Under the pieces are notes generated by a model that was not told the origin of the DNA, made no database searches, and saw only the letters and a list, made by a program, of their open reading frames with translations. Position numbers and translations under genes: made by a program. Positions 11,087 through 24,240 of a DNA stretch of 64,000 bases are shown piece after piece. This DNA is from Lama guanicoe (lineage: Eukaryota): the NCBI GenBank assembly GCA_013239625.1, contig MU053493.1:1807793-1871792 (forward strand), written 5' to 3'. How positions within the stretch are numbered: the first letter of the stretch is position 1; every line of letters starts with the position of its first letter.

Positions 11087-14000
11087 AAATTAAGATAGAA
11101 AAAAGTGTAAAGAAATGCAGTAATGGTTTTATCTTCTGAATGGTCAGATATTAGATGTCTTATTTTCTTGTTTATGCTTTTATAGGTTTTACAGATCTTT
11201 GTTCACTGAGCATATACTCCTTATGAAAGAAAAAACTTTAAGGTAGACGGCTAGTGAAGTAGCTTATATGCTGTATGCTGGGAAATCTCTGTCCTTCAGT
11301 GAAGAAGAGGGAAAATTGTACTTCTTGAAAAACTCAATTCTCTTTGGCTTCACAGTAAACCCTAGGGAATTGCTAAGCTCTACCAATGAGCTGTATCACC
11401 AGTTCGCAGATGTGGGGCTTTCGTAGAATGGTAACATTTCCAGAGAACGAAAAAAGTGGGCAGTTTGATGAGGTTTTTAACTTTCTATGTTATTAAATAA
11501 GGAAACAAATTTTTAATTCTATCTACTGCCAACATCATTTTGTTAAAGAAAGGACATTCTCTTACCAAGAAAAAGCAAAGAAGAAAAAAAAAGAGAAATC
11601 CTCTTCGAGTAAAAGAGTTCTGTCAATTTAAGAAATTTAGTTTTTTTAATGTTCTATTATCAACTGGTGAAAATTTCAGGGCAGCATTTGGTAAACTTTC
11701 TGTAAAGCCACCACCAGACTATTTTGGAAGTATGGAAGCTTAGGGTAATTGTGGCCTTCTGAAGTAATTCCTAAGAATACAGACGAAGCTTCGGAACACC
11801 ATGCAAAGTGAGAGCAGTGTTAGGTTTGCGTAATTCACTCAGTTTTTAGCTTGGGGGGAAAAGACAATCGAAACAGATATTTTATCCAAACTTTAAATTT
11901 TAACTTCCATGGATTCATATCAGTTTGAAGATTAAGTAAATTCGTTATTGATATCAATTATCACTAGTATAATTTTATATAAAATAAAAAGCCTGTATTT
12001 TTAAGATTACTCAAAATATGCAACATTAAAAGTAAAACTTGGTCACTGCAAATTGCATCACCTTTAAGGTTTTTAAAAAGATGCTATTTAGTCCAGCTTC
12101 TTGTCCTTCAGCAAACAAGATTGCACTGCCATTTTCAGATGAGGCCGCAGAGGACCAGAGAGAATATCAGATTTACCTGAAGGTTCTGAATCCTGATTGT
12201 TACAATTCAAACATTTCTTTATCTGGAGTACTGGTCACTCTTAATTTCCAAATTACAGGAGAAAATCAAAATAAATTCCCAGACACAGAAAAGATACCCA
12301 CCCACCTCACCCCCTCCACTGCCCACCCTCCCTACCCTCACAAAAGAAAACCTGGTAAGTTGAAGTGAATAGCCCAAATTCTCACTAATAGCATTTAAGG
12401 TCTTAAAGAGCTATATGATACATAATTGTAATTGTACAAAGGACTATAAAAGCAGGTTTTTTAACTGGGTTATTATTGGCTATGTTATTTCTATTACTTA
12501 GGGGGATAGGCTTAATTTCCCAAATCAAATTGCTTCGCATTTCTTCTAAGCAATTTTTTTATACCCTTAGAGGAAATAATGCGTCTACTTTCAATTCAGA
12601 AAATTAAGACATTTTTATTCCATTCTTTTTTTGTTGCCAAGCAACACATTAGGAGTACTCTTAAAGAACTGTAAATTTTATAGCGATACTCTACACAGAA
12701 GGATGGATATGATACAAGATCTTTAAAAACAAAGTCAATGATAGAAATAGTAACAAATAGAAATAAATGCTAGAAAAATGTCAATTAAGCATTTTTCCAA
12801 AAAAAATCTAACTTACTAAATTTTAGAAGTGTTTCTTGGATTAAGGGATACTGAAGAAGCAGTATACTAAAAATTGAGATGCAAAATCAGAATTGTAGAT
12901 GCTTGTAATTGGGTAGAACGTTCTATAATGAAAATCCATGGTCATATATAGGGTAGAAGTTATCAGAAGTTCACTATGAAAAAAGTCATGATTCTGTTGT
13001 GAAGATTTTCAAACATACAAGAAGTAGAAAAAAATCACGTAATGAACTCCCATATTCCCATCACCCAGATGCAACAGTTTACAAGATCTTGCCACACTTT
13101 ATCTTTTTCTCCTTTGTTATACTATGTAAAAGTAACTCACAGGTCATTTTACCTTTACCTAGTTGGTGTCTCTAAAAAATAAATTACCACAATGACATCA
13201 TATTGATCAAAATTAAAAATAAATCTTTTGTCACCGTCATATACACAGACCAGAAGTCACAGTTACTAGATTGATTCACAGATGTCTATAGTTGATGTAT
13301 TCTAATGAGGACCCAGATAAGATCCACTTATTACAAATGATTGTTATTTTCTTTAGATTCTTTTTTTTAATTACTATTAATCCTGGATGATAAATTAGCT
13401 AGTTTAAAATTCTAGATTGATAAAATTTTACCCCAGCACTTTGACATTACTCCCTTATCTTCTGGTCTCTGTTCCCACTAGTAAGAATTTAATGTCAGTT
13501 CAATATAGGTAGTTGTTTTCCCTTGAGAGCTCTTAAGCTAGTCTCTGTGTTATTGATGTCACTCAGTTTCTCTGTTGTATGTATAAGCATTGCTTTATCT
13601 TTACCCTACTTCATTCTCAAGTGCACTTTTAATTTGAGGACTCATGTCTTTCTTCAGTTATGGAAAATTATCTGTTATCTCTTCAAATACTGCTGCTGTT
13701 CCTTCATCTGGCTTCTTTTTATTCAGCTCAGTTTTGTTAGAATATCTAAACCTGTCCTCCATACCTTTTAATTTTGCTTTAATTTATTTTTATCTATCTC
13801 CACCAGTCCCTGCTGTGTGCCTGTGTCCTCAAGAGCCAGTGGAGTCTTGTCCATAAACTCTCACCACACACTTTTGTTCAACAGGCAGCATAGGGAAGGA
13901 CAGTTTATCATCTAACCATTGAGAAGGGTCCAGATTTCCCTTAGATTAGATCACCTTTTGGATTTCTATAAAATAATCATTTAGGACACTATGTAGTAGG

Positions 14001-14106
14001 TTAAAAGTTGTTGACCTATATGTACTGATATGGAAGAATTGCTAGGATATGTTAAGTTAAAAAGCAAATACGAATAGTGCATTCAGAAGACTTTATATAC
14101 ACCTAA

Positions 14107-14155
14107 ACACACACACACACACGCACAATATGTGTGTGCGTGTGTGTGTGTGTGT
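14107..14155. repeat. (CA)n/(TG)n perfect 21-bp inverted repeat
   Basis: acacacacacacacacgcaca, a 7-nt loop, then tgtgcgtgtgtgtgtgtgtgt. Confidence 0.95.
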
Positions 14156-14222
14156 ATATATATGTAAACATATAAACTTTAATTTATATGCATATTAGTG
14201 AATTGCAAAATTTAGAGGCAGC

Positions 14223-14831
14223 TGTCAGGTTTAGAGGTCACACTGTCCTATAGAAGACCACCCTCACTTGATACCTTCTGCAAATTTAGGGGTCTCCATA
14301 CTACCCTCATGGTCAGTAATTCCCAGGAAATGTCCACAGAGCTCACTGAAAGCTGTTACACTCATGGTTATGGTTTATTACAGGGAAATGCTGTAGACCA
14401 GAACCAGCCAAAGGAAGAAACACACGGGGCAGCGCCTGGGAGGGTCCCATTTCCTCAAGATACATCAGCATTCTGGCAGTGATGTGTGACAATATGCACT
14501 GGATATTGCCAACTAGGGAGTCTCGCACATGCTCAGCTGCTGAGTTTTGACTGGGGCTTTACCACTTAGGTATGATGGATTGATTGCCCATATGGATGAA
14601 GTCAGTCTCCAGATCTACTGACAGCATGTGACCCATAGCTCCTACCTCAACTAACAAGGGTTCTGGCTTGGCCAGCGCCTACCCTAACACTGTGGTGGCC
14701 AGCTCTACTTCAAGATCCAGTTTGGTCAGCTCCTACCCTAAACAAAGACCCTCCTATTGGGTTACAGAAATTGTCTCCTGGAAGTCAGGGCCAGACCTCT
14801 CATAGACAAGACCAGTGTCTTCACTGTTACA
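14223..14831. mobile_element. MER21-like LTR
   Basis: aagaccaccctc...gaaagctgttacactcatggttatggtttattacagggaa...ggggcag, the characteristic MER21 text. Confidence 0.7.
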
Positions 14832-16256
14832 TATGTAAGGATTATAAGTATATTTTAAGAATTGAAAGAGCATATGTCTAACTGAGGACAGTAGTTGCCT
14901 CTGGAACGAGAATTGGTTTGAGTTGTAGTCAAGGGGTACTTAGCTCTGTGTATGTTTAAATTTTCATTTATTGTATAATTTTTAAATTAGTTTTAAGTGG
15001 AAATACTGAACTTAGACTAACTCGGAAAATAGAAAAAGAGATCAAATTCAACAGAATGAAATTCATTATATCCAGAATCAAAAAGAGAAGCTCTCAGCCA
15101 TCCTACTGTTCTGAAAAAGATGAGAATAAACCATCTGTTTCAAGATAGCATGAAATGACTGACCCTGGTCGTTGTCTGGGCATGACTTTGAAATAGCTGT
15201 CAGGTTTAAAAAAAAACATTCTCAGGCATGGACAAGCAGAAGGTACTCTGTTTGAAGAAACTATGCTTTATGTATAGTAACGTTTAGTATCCTCATCAGT
15301 TGCTTCACAAGTTTTAGAATCCAGTAGGTAATCCTTGGCTCTTTGAAAATAAGATTGTATAAATATGAGCATTTGTTAAATCTCTATTTGCGTACATGGA
15401 TGTTACTCTCCCTGTTTTTTTAATTATTATTTATACTAGTCTTAGATCATTAAACTCTAGGGTGATTTATGACTGCTCAGGAAGGTGGGTATTCTTGCTG
15501 TGCCTTTTTCTCCATGTCCTGGGTTCCCAATCTAAGAGGATGACTTTCCAAGACGGAGGAGAATCACCTCCATCAAGTGTACAGAAACACTTTGTTCCTT
15601 TCCTAGACTGCCAGTAACTATGAAGAAAATAGAGATGGTTTAGAAGAGAGTTGCAGCATTCTAAATGTTTGGACTTTTTTAGAGTGGAGAAAAGCATTTT
15701 GGGTGACAGTTTAATAGTGATTTTCGTGGGTATGAGGTTTTCATCTCAAAAGGAATAACCAGACAGTTTGGCAGGCGGGAGGTTTGGGGATTGGGAAGCA
15801 CTCGTTTTTGTTGAGTACCTGCTATAAAATGTGCTGAGAGCTTCTTACCGGTTATCTCATTTTCATCTCTTGGCCATTTATATGGCTGGCCTCACCTCCC
15901 TCTCTTAAATGGGAAACCCAGGGCTCTCTGGGAAAAACAGTCTGCAGTGTCATCAGCAGTACTGCTAGAAGTATGCGTTACGAAGTGTAGCGTGCATTAT
16001 TTAGGTTGTAAGGAGAAGTGTTTACTAATGGTGAAAACTCTTCAGCATCGCGGTTGCTCACCTAGGAAAATTTAGCCGCCACTTCTCCTCCTCCAGAAGT
16101 ACTGGGTTTATTTTTGTGATGCTTTAAGAACGTTTCTGCCCAAAGGCAGAGGATACAGACCCATGAGCTTGCAAAGTTTCTTCTCAGTCTTAATGATACT
16201 GTAATTTGCTGTTTTTACGACCTCAAACATGTTCTCCTATATTTCCTTTTCTCAAG

Positions 16257-16409
16257 GTGGATAATATAAACGCGGCTATGGCGGACTTGAAAGCAAAGAA
16301 GATTCGTATTCTAAGTGAAGAGGCCAAAATAGGAGCACATGGAAAACCAGTGATTTTTCTCCATCCTAAAGACTGTGGTGGAGTCCTTGTGGAATTGGAG
16401 CAAGCTTGA
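16257..16409 (+). CDS. MCEE: Methylmalonyl-CoA epimerase, last coding exon 3 (153 nt incl. TGA)
   Basis: Acceptor tttccttttctcaag|GTG at 16256/16257. Encodes VDNINAAMADLKAKKIRILSEEAKIGAHGKPVIFLHPKDCGGVLVELEQA*, in frame with exon 2 and matching the MCEE C-terminus. Confidence 0.97.
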   Translation: MDNINAAMADLKAKKIRILSEEAKIGAHGKPVIFLHPKDCGGVLVELEQA

Positions 16410-16859
16410 TTTATGTTTGCCAGAAACTGAATTAATTGACCTGAAAAATGCCTTATCAGAATGTCAAAATGTACTTTGGCGTTGAGTCCTTCACTGCTTC
16501 CATCACTTAGAAGTTCAAAGTTGAAACTAAATTACAGAAAGAAATTTCTTAAATTATGTATATATATATATATATATATATAATTATTTTGCAAATGTTT
16601 TGTGTGTGTATATATATTGTTTTGCAAATATTTTGTGTGTCTATATGTATATACAATATATATACGTATATTCATCAAGTATATAGAAACACATTTACTC
16701 CTTTCCTAGACTACACATATATATACACACACACAAAATATTTGCAGATCACTTTGGATTTTCTTCTTGATTTGGAGAAAACTTTGATAAATACTTAGGG
16801 ACTACTATTAAATCATATCCTCTCAATTATATGACTATTATTAAAATCATATTCGTAGA

Positions 16860-16865
16860 AATAAA
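16860..16865 (+). terminator. MCEE: Probable MCEE polyadenylation signal (AATAAA); ATTAAA variants at 16807 and 16840
   Basis: AATAAA lies about 450 nt after the stop codon and is followed by a GT-rich tract (~16900-16930) resembling a downstream element. Confidence 0.55.
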
Positions 16866-17639
16866 TTATTCCTGTTCTAAAATGGGGTAATTGAGAACAG
16901 TGTGTTAGCCGTGTGTGTGTGTGTGTGTGTTAGGATGGATGTCCAGAGGAGTTAGGAAAGGACCCCTGACAGCTGCATGGCTACATGTCTGGGACAGAAT
17001 GATTTCTGAGGATGTTATGGAGAGTTTTTAGAGCAAACTGTTTAAGGTTAGGGAATTCTGACATCAAAATTTTCGCTCTTCTGGAACAACTCATGTTCAC
17101 AAGTTCCTTATGGGCCAGTATTTTGGGCACTAGGCCTAGATGTATGAATAGGAAGTTTTGTGGAAAACGTGGTACCTGATCTAGCAGGTGCATAGGTAGA
17201 TGATTTTTTTTTAAATCAGGAAATATGGAAAGAGCAGTGAATTTGTAGAGTTGCCTATCAGGTGCTAGAAAACATGACAGGTCCCAGAGGAGTGTACAAA
17301 GTGAACAGAAACCCATTGCCAAGAAACTTATGGTCCAGTTGGGAAAACTACTTCACGAAATGAATGTGCTTATAAAACAACATGAATGAGTTGAAAGGAA
17401 AAGGAAAGGGAAAGGAACACAGCTCTCAGAGAAAGCACTTGGAGGCATAAGAGGTTTCTGGTCAGACTCCCAAAGAGAAAGTAGTATCAGATGAATTTCA
17501 AGCATCACGGATGGATGTATGGAACGCATAGTACGGAAAAAGTGGTTAGTCTTAAGTTCACAGATGATTGGATGTTGAATAAATAGCTAGGTGTGTGTAC
17601 ACGTTGAGCTCGTTACTGTGGAAGACAAGTATAACAGTT

Positions 17640-18030
17640 ATATTTGTCATTTAAATGTTAAAATCAAAAATTGTTCTCAGTGTTTGTAGAGGTAATATTT
17701 AAGACAACTGTATCACAGCGGGTGGCGGGGATAAAGGGACTTAAATGGCATTTAAGTATCAACATTCCACTTGAACAGATAAATGCTAATATAACAAGTA
17801 GACTGTGATAAACTTCATGTGTATATTGAAGTCCCTGGAGTTAATCATTGAATATACTAGACAAAGAGACACACTCATAAATGTAGATAAATCAAAATGG
17901 AAGCTGAAGAATGCACTTATGACCCACTTGAAGACAGATAAGGGGAAACAGGAGAAAAACAAAAAGTAAAATGACAGGCTCACATCCTAACGTATCAGTG
18001 ACTACATTACATCTGGTTGGACTTAAATTC
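17640..18030 (+). mobile_element. Old L1M inter-ORF/ORF2-start fragment
   Basis: agtagactgtgataa...aaatcaaaatggaa...cctaacgtatcagtgactacatta, L1M-like. Confidence 0.55.
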
Positions 18031-18384
18031 CATCACCCTTGCCAGTGATTGGTTCACAGTGTGTGACCTGTATCTGGACAAAGAGTGTGAATAAATGTTT
18101 CCTAGACGTTTCCAGGAATGTTCTTTCCCACTTTTAGGTGAGAGCCGTGAATGTCAGTCTCTCTGTGTCCAGATGTGAACAAGCAAACGGTTGGTTTCCA
18201 GTTGCTGCAAGCAACCATCTACCGACTATGAAAAAACATGTAGATAAGGATGTTGCTGGTTGGCAGAGCAGAGAGACAGAAAACTGTTTTCAGTGACATC
18301 TTAAAAGGAATTACTGTTGAATAAGAAGTTGAATCTATTATAATGGTGGGGTTTTTTTAATTAAGAAAAGAACTTTCTCCCCAT

Positions 18385-18645
18385 TTTTTAATTGAAGTAT
18401 AGTTGATTTGGAATGTTGTGTTAGTTTCTGGTGTAGAGCATAGCAATTCAGTTATATACATATATTCTATTTATTCTTTTTCATTATAGGTTACTACAGA
18501 TATTGAATATAGTTCCCTGTGCTATACAGTAGGACCTTGTTGTTTATCTGTTCTGTACATAATAGTTTGTATCTGCCAATCCCAAACTTCCAGTTTACCT
18601 CTTCCCACCCCCCTCCCCCCGCCTGCCTGGTAACCATAAGTTTGA
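18385..18645 (-). mobile_element. Lineage-specific L1 3' end
   Basis: ttttaattgaagtatagttgattt...atattgaatatagttccctgtgctatacagtaggacc. Confidence 0.85.
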
Positions 18646-18989
18646 GGAAAAACCACTATTTTCACTGAAAACTTATTTCTGAAAAATAAAAATAATTACC
18701 CACTACATCTGCATAATTTTTTAAAAGCTTCATATAGCTTTTACAAACATTAAAAGCAAAGCAAACTAATTACTCTTGTTACTTATTGATGTATTTTAGT
18801 GAGTGCCTTAACCATATCTATCTGTAATACCTGATTATTGCATTTGTCTGAAAAAGGCAATTTTAATATAATATTTTAAAACATAATTGCATAAGTTTTC
18901 ATCAAAATTATAATTTAGAGTTTATAGGTTAGAAATTGTTGACATACACAGTTGACTCTTATGTGTGGAACATACATTTTTTTCCTTTT

Positions 18990-21278
18990 AAATAGTCATT
19001 ATTTTTTTAGAGCAGTTTCAAGTTCACAGCAATATTGAGCAGAAAGCACAGAGTTCCCATATAACCCCTGCCACACAAATGTGTATATAGCTTCCCCCAC
19101 GGTCAGCATCGACACAAGAATGGTGCATTTATTACAGCCGATGAACTTACAGACGAATCCTTGTCACCCAACATTCACAATTTTCGTTAGGGTTCACTCT
19201 TGGTGTTACACATTCTATGGGTTTTGACAAATGCAAAGTGACATGTATCCATCATTATGGCATTTACAGAGTAGTTTTGCTACCCTACAGATGCTCTGTT
19301 TATATATTCATCTTTCCTGGCAACCACTGATCTCTCTACTGTCTCTGTATTTTGCCTTTTCCAGAATGTTGTATAATTGGAATCAGATAGTAGTAGTTAG
19401 CCTCTGTAGGCTGGCTTCTTTCACTTGATGGCTTGTTTCTTTTTAGAGCTGAATAATGTTCCATCACTGGATGTACCACAGTTTACCCATTCATCTACAG
19501 AAGGACATCTTGGTTGCTTCCATTTTTCGGCAATTATGAATAAAGCCTCTCTAAACATAGTGTGTGGTTTTTTTGTGTGTGGACATATTTTTCAGCTCAT
19601 TTGGGTAAATACCAAGGAGCATGATTGCAGGATCTTACAGTGGAAGTATTGTTAGTTTTGTCAGAAATCACCTGTCTATCAAAGCAGCTGTATGTACCAT
19701 TTTGCATTCCCAGCAATGAAGGACAGTTCCTGTTACGTTACATCCTTGCCAGTATTTGATGTTGCCAGTATTCTGGATTTTGGCCATTTTCATGAGTGTA
19801 TAGTGATAGATTGTTGTCTTAATTTGCATTGCCCTGAGGACAAAGGATGTGGAGCATCTTTTCATGTGCTAATTTTCCACCTGTATCTGTTCTGTTGGTA
19901 AGGGGCCAGTCATGCCTTTTTCCCATTTTTACACTGGGTTTTTGCTATTGTTGAGTTTAAACTGTTCTTTGTATATTTTGAAACAACAGTCCTTTATGTC
20001 TTTAGGTTTATCCTTTCTGTCTTTTGCTAATATTTCCTTCCACTCTGTGGCTTGTCTTCTCATTTTCTTGACATTGTCTTTCACAGAGCAAGTTTTTAAT
20101 TTTTATAAAGTCAAGCTTATCAATTCTTTTTTTTTCCCCCCATAGATCATGCCTTTGGTGTTGTATTTTAAAAGTCACCACTATGACCAGGGTCATTTAA
20201 GTGTTCTTCTATGTTATCTTCTAGGAATTATACAGTTCTTCATTTTACATTTTCGTCTATAATTTATTTTGAGTTAATTTTTGTGAAGGCTGCAAAATCT
20301 GTCTATATTCTTTTTTTGCATGTCAATACACAGTTGTTCCAACATCCATTGTTGACAAGATTACCTTTGCTTCATTGTATTGCCTTTACTCCATCAAAAA
20401 TCAGTTGACTGTCTATATGTGGGTCTACTTCTGAGGTCTGTAGTCTGTATCATCGATTTGTCTGTTTTTTCACCAGTTCCACACTGTCATGTGTACTGTC
20501 ATTTTATAGTGAATCTTGAAGTCACGTAGCATCAGTTCTGATTTTTTTCTCCTTCAGTATTGAGTTCTCTATTCTGAGTCTTTTGCCGTGACATATAAAC
20601 TTTAAAATCCCTTCGTTGGTTTCCACAAAATAGCTTGCTTCAATTTTGACTGGGATTCTATTGAATCTATAGATCGAGTTGGATAGAACTGACATCTTGA
20701 GGCTATTTTTTCCTATCCATGAATATGGACTATGTCTCCATTTATTAAGGTCATTTTTAAATTTCTTTTCATCAGAGTTTTGTAGTTTTCTTCATATACA
20801 TCTTGTACATATTCTAGATTTACACCTAAGTATTTCATTTGGGGAGGTACTAATGTTAATGCATTTTTAATTTCAAATTCTACTTGTTCATTGTGCTATA
20901 GCAGAGCAATTGACTTTTAAATATTAACCTCGTATATGGCAACCTTGCTGTAATCACTTAGTAGCTCTGGGAGGGTTTTTTGAGCAATTCTTTTGGATTT
21001 TATACATAGATGATTATATCATCTATACATAGACGGTTTTACTTCTTTCTTCCCAATCTGTATACCTTTTATTTCCTTTTCTTATATAATTGCATAATTG
21101 GAACTTCCAAAACAGAGTTGAAAAGGAATGGTGAGAGGGGACATCCTTGCCTCATTCCTGATCTTAGCAGGAAAGCTTTAAGTTTCTAACCATTAAGTGT
21201 GATGTGAGTGGTAGGTTTTTTGGTAAATGTGTTTTTACCAAGTTGAGAAACTTCTGCTCTATTCCTAGAGTGCTAAGA

Positions 21279-21331
<53 letters not shown>

Positions 21332-22157
21332 CTCTATTCCTAGAGTGCTAAGATTTTTTATTATTATTATTATTATTATGGATGGGTGAAAGCTCTCCAG
21401 AGAAACAGAACCAAAAGGATATGACACACACACACACATATATATATATATATGTATATATCAGATACATGTAAGTAAGAGGAGATTTATTATGGAAATT
21501 GGCTCATGTGGTTATGGAGGCCAAGAAGTACCAAGGTCTGCCATCTGCAAGGTGGAGAACTAGGAAAGACTGGTGCAGTTCAGTCTAAGTCCCAAGGCCT
21601 GAGAGCTGGGAGGCTAGTGCTGTAAGCCCCAATCTGAGTCTAAGAGTTCAAGAACCAGGAGTGGGGATGTCTGAGGGCAGGAGGAGATGGACATCTCAGC
21701 TCAAGCAGAGAGTGAATTTGTCCTTCCTCCACCTTTTTGTTCTATTTGGGCCTTCAGACTATTGGATGAGATGATGCTCACCCACATTGGGAGGGCTGTC
21801 TGCTTTGCTCAGTCACCAATTCAAATACTTACCTCTTCTAGAAGCACCCTCACAGACACACTCAGAAATAATGTTTTACCAGCTAACTGGGCATCCCTTA
21901 GCCCAATCACCTTGATGCACAAAATTAGTCATCTTAATGGGTGTTGGATTTTGGCAAATTTTTTTTTTGCATCTGTTGTATGATCATGTGATTTTTCTTT
22001 TTTTTGCCTGTTGTTGAGGTAGATGTCATTAATTCATTTTTGAATGTTGAACCAGCCTTGCATACCTGGAATAAATCCCAGTTGGTTGTGGTATATAATT
22101 CTTTTTATACATTTTTGGATTCGATTTGCTATATTTTGTTGAGGATTTTTGCATCCA
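18990..22157 (-). mobile_element. Old L1M (3'UTR plus ORF2 remnant), interrupted by an MLT2 LTR
   Basis: Continuous antisense L1 text; the minus ORFs (MKRCSTSFVLRAMQIKTT..., KKRIDKLDFIKIKNLLC...) are L1 ORF2 C-terminal remnants. Confidence 0.9.
21388..21933. mobile_element. MLT2 (ERV-L) solo LTR nested in L1
   Basis: ctccagagaaacagaacc, a (CA)(TA) tract, gatttattatggaaattggctcatg...cacaaaattagtcatc. Confidence 0.85.
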
Positions 22158-22580
22158 TTTTTTTAGATTGAAGTACAGTCAGTTACAATGTGTCAATTTC
22201 TGGTGTACAGCACAATGTCCCAGTCATGCATATACATACATATATTCGTTTTCATATTCTTTTTCATTACAGGTTATTACAAGATATTGAATATAGTTCC
22301 CTGTGCTATACAGAAGAAATTCCAGGTTTTTAAAATCTATTTTTACATATAGTGGCTAACATTTGCAAATCTCAAACTCCCAAATTTATCCCTTCCCACC
22401 TCCTTTCTCCCAGTAGCCATAAGATTGTTTACTATGTCTATGGGTCTGTTTCTGTGTTGTAGAGTTATTTTTTTTTCTTTTAAATTCCACATACGAGTGA
22501 TATCATTTGGTATTTTTCTTTCTCTCTCTGGCTTACTTCAGTTAGAATGACAATCTTTAGGTCCATCCATGTTGCTGCAA
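22158..22580 (-). mobile_element. Lineage-specific L1 3' end
   Basis: Same family as 6207, antisense, truncated at ccatccatgttgctgcaa. Confidence 0.9.
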
Positions 22581-22899
22581 GCCAGAAAAAGCCAGTTTCG
22601 GGGAACCTGGTCCACGTGCGTCTCCTACACGACGTATCTCAGCAGCTGCACCTGCTAGTTCCCCAACTCGGCTGTCTGCTTGCGCACACGATCCCTCAGC
22701 ACGTGGTAGGATAGCAGAGAAATAATTACCATATTCTAGGCGGCCTGACATTTCTCTTTGCATATGTGATTTATTAGCTTGGTATTTTAAATACATTGGA
22801 GCCAAGATCCGTGTTACAATCGAACATTCCACTATGGAGTAGGAGAAAGGCACAGAGTAAATGCAAGAAGTTAATGGTCTCATGGCAACAGGGGAGACC

Positions 22900-23180
22900 A
22901 CATTTCATCTTCCCCCACAAACCTGGCCCTCCTTCAGTATCGCCCATCTAGGGGAAGGGTCCCATCCTTCTTCAAGTTGCACAAGCTGGAGCCTGAATAC
23001 ACATCCCGGCACTGCCTCCTCTCACCAACCGGCCCCCTAAGTGCGCATGCGCGCTCCCAGCTCTCACAAAGGCTTCTTTATTTCATCTTTCAAAGAGCGC
23101 TTGGACCATCTGCTGCGCTCCACCCCCTTCGTCTGGGCTCCTCGCATCGGCCCTGGTCCCACAGTACCTCCTACACTTGG
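22900..23180 (+). mobile_element. L2 fragment
   Basis: cttcccccacaaacctggccctccttcagtatcgcccatctagg...caagttgcacaagc resembles the L2 3' region. Confidence 0.55.
23042..23053. promoter_or_regulatory. NRF1 motif TGCGCATGCGCG
   Basis: Consensus YGCGCAYGCGCR inside a local CpG-rich patch. Confidence 0.45.
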
Positions 23181-23491
23181 CAGCCAGAGTATTTGCTTGT
23201 TTGTTTGTTTAATATTATTTTATTTTTACAACCACACCTGTAATCTTGTCAGCAGCTATTAAACATGTCCAAAGAATCTCAAGCTCACACATCCCAGGGG
23301 AAGAATAACTTGAGGCCTCTGATCAGATGGCAAAGAATGACAAAAACGTTTGCTAACACTGTTGCCAACTCCGGGGGTGGCAGACACTTTGTTGCTGATG
23401 GCCATGTATATGAGGAAGTGTCTATCCAGCCATCACCAGGATCATTTAACAGTATTTATCAAAATTATACAATTGCATACTTTGGGACCCC

Positions 23492-23617
23492 TTTGGGGGG
23501 GAAGGGAAGATAATTAGGTTTATTTATTCATTTATTTCTTAATGGAGGTACTGGGGATTGAACCCAGCACCTCATGCATGCTAAGCAGGCATTCTACCAC
23601 TGAGCTATACCCTCCCC
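23492..23617 (-). mobile_element. vic-1-type SINE
   Basis: TSD tactttgggacccc at 23478 and 23618. Confidence 0.9.
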
Positions 23618-24078
23618 TACTTTGGGACCCCTTTTTAAAAAGTTATCCTACAGGGCAAAGTGTTGTAAACTGTTGATTTATTGTGCCATTGTTTATAATA
23701 GCAAATGATTGCAAATCACCTAAAGGCTTATCAGTAGGGGACAGGTTAAAATGTATAAGGGTATATTCATATCAGGAAATTGTACACAGCTGTGACAAAC
23801 AAGGAGGAACTTCCCTAGGTACAGACCTAGGATGTTCTTTGAGATGTATGGTTACATGAAAAATACAAGTTGCAAAGTGGTATTGTGAACTCATATATAT
23901 TTCTTTGAACGTGTGTAAAATGGTAAAATCTCTCTAGAACCATACACCCAAAACTGTTCACACTGAGCCATGCTGAGGGAGCTGAGTGTCTGCAGGGAGA
24001 GGCTGTCCCCTTTCTCCTCTATTGTTACTTTAGTTTCAAACAATGTTACAACTTTTCCCACTCAAAAAATGACTAAGA

Positions 24079-24240
24079 GGAAGGGGTTAATGTAGCTCAA
24101 TGGTAGAGCAAGTGCTTAGCATGCAGAAGGTCCTGGATTCAATCCCCAGTGTCTGATTAAAAAAAGAATTTAAATAAATAAATAAATAAACAAAATAAAA
24201 CAAGCTTAAAAATAATAAATTATAAAAATAACTACATAAA
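24079..24240 (+). mobile_element. vic-1-type SINE with A-rich tail
   Basis: gtagctcaatggtagagcaagtgcttagcatgcagaaggtcctggattcaatccccagt. Confidence 0.85.

Noticed and set aside
11355..11402. Minus-strand tRNA-like fragment (gatacagctcattggtagagcttagca)
   Set aside because: Too short and deleted; at most a decayed SINE head.
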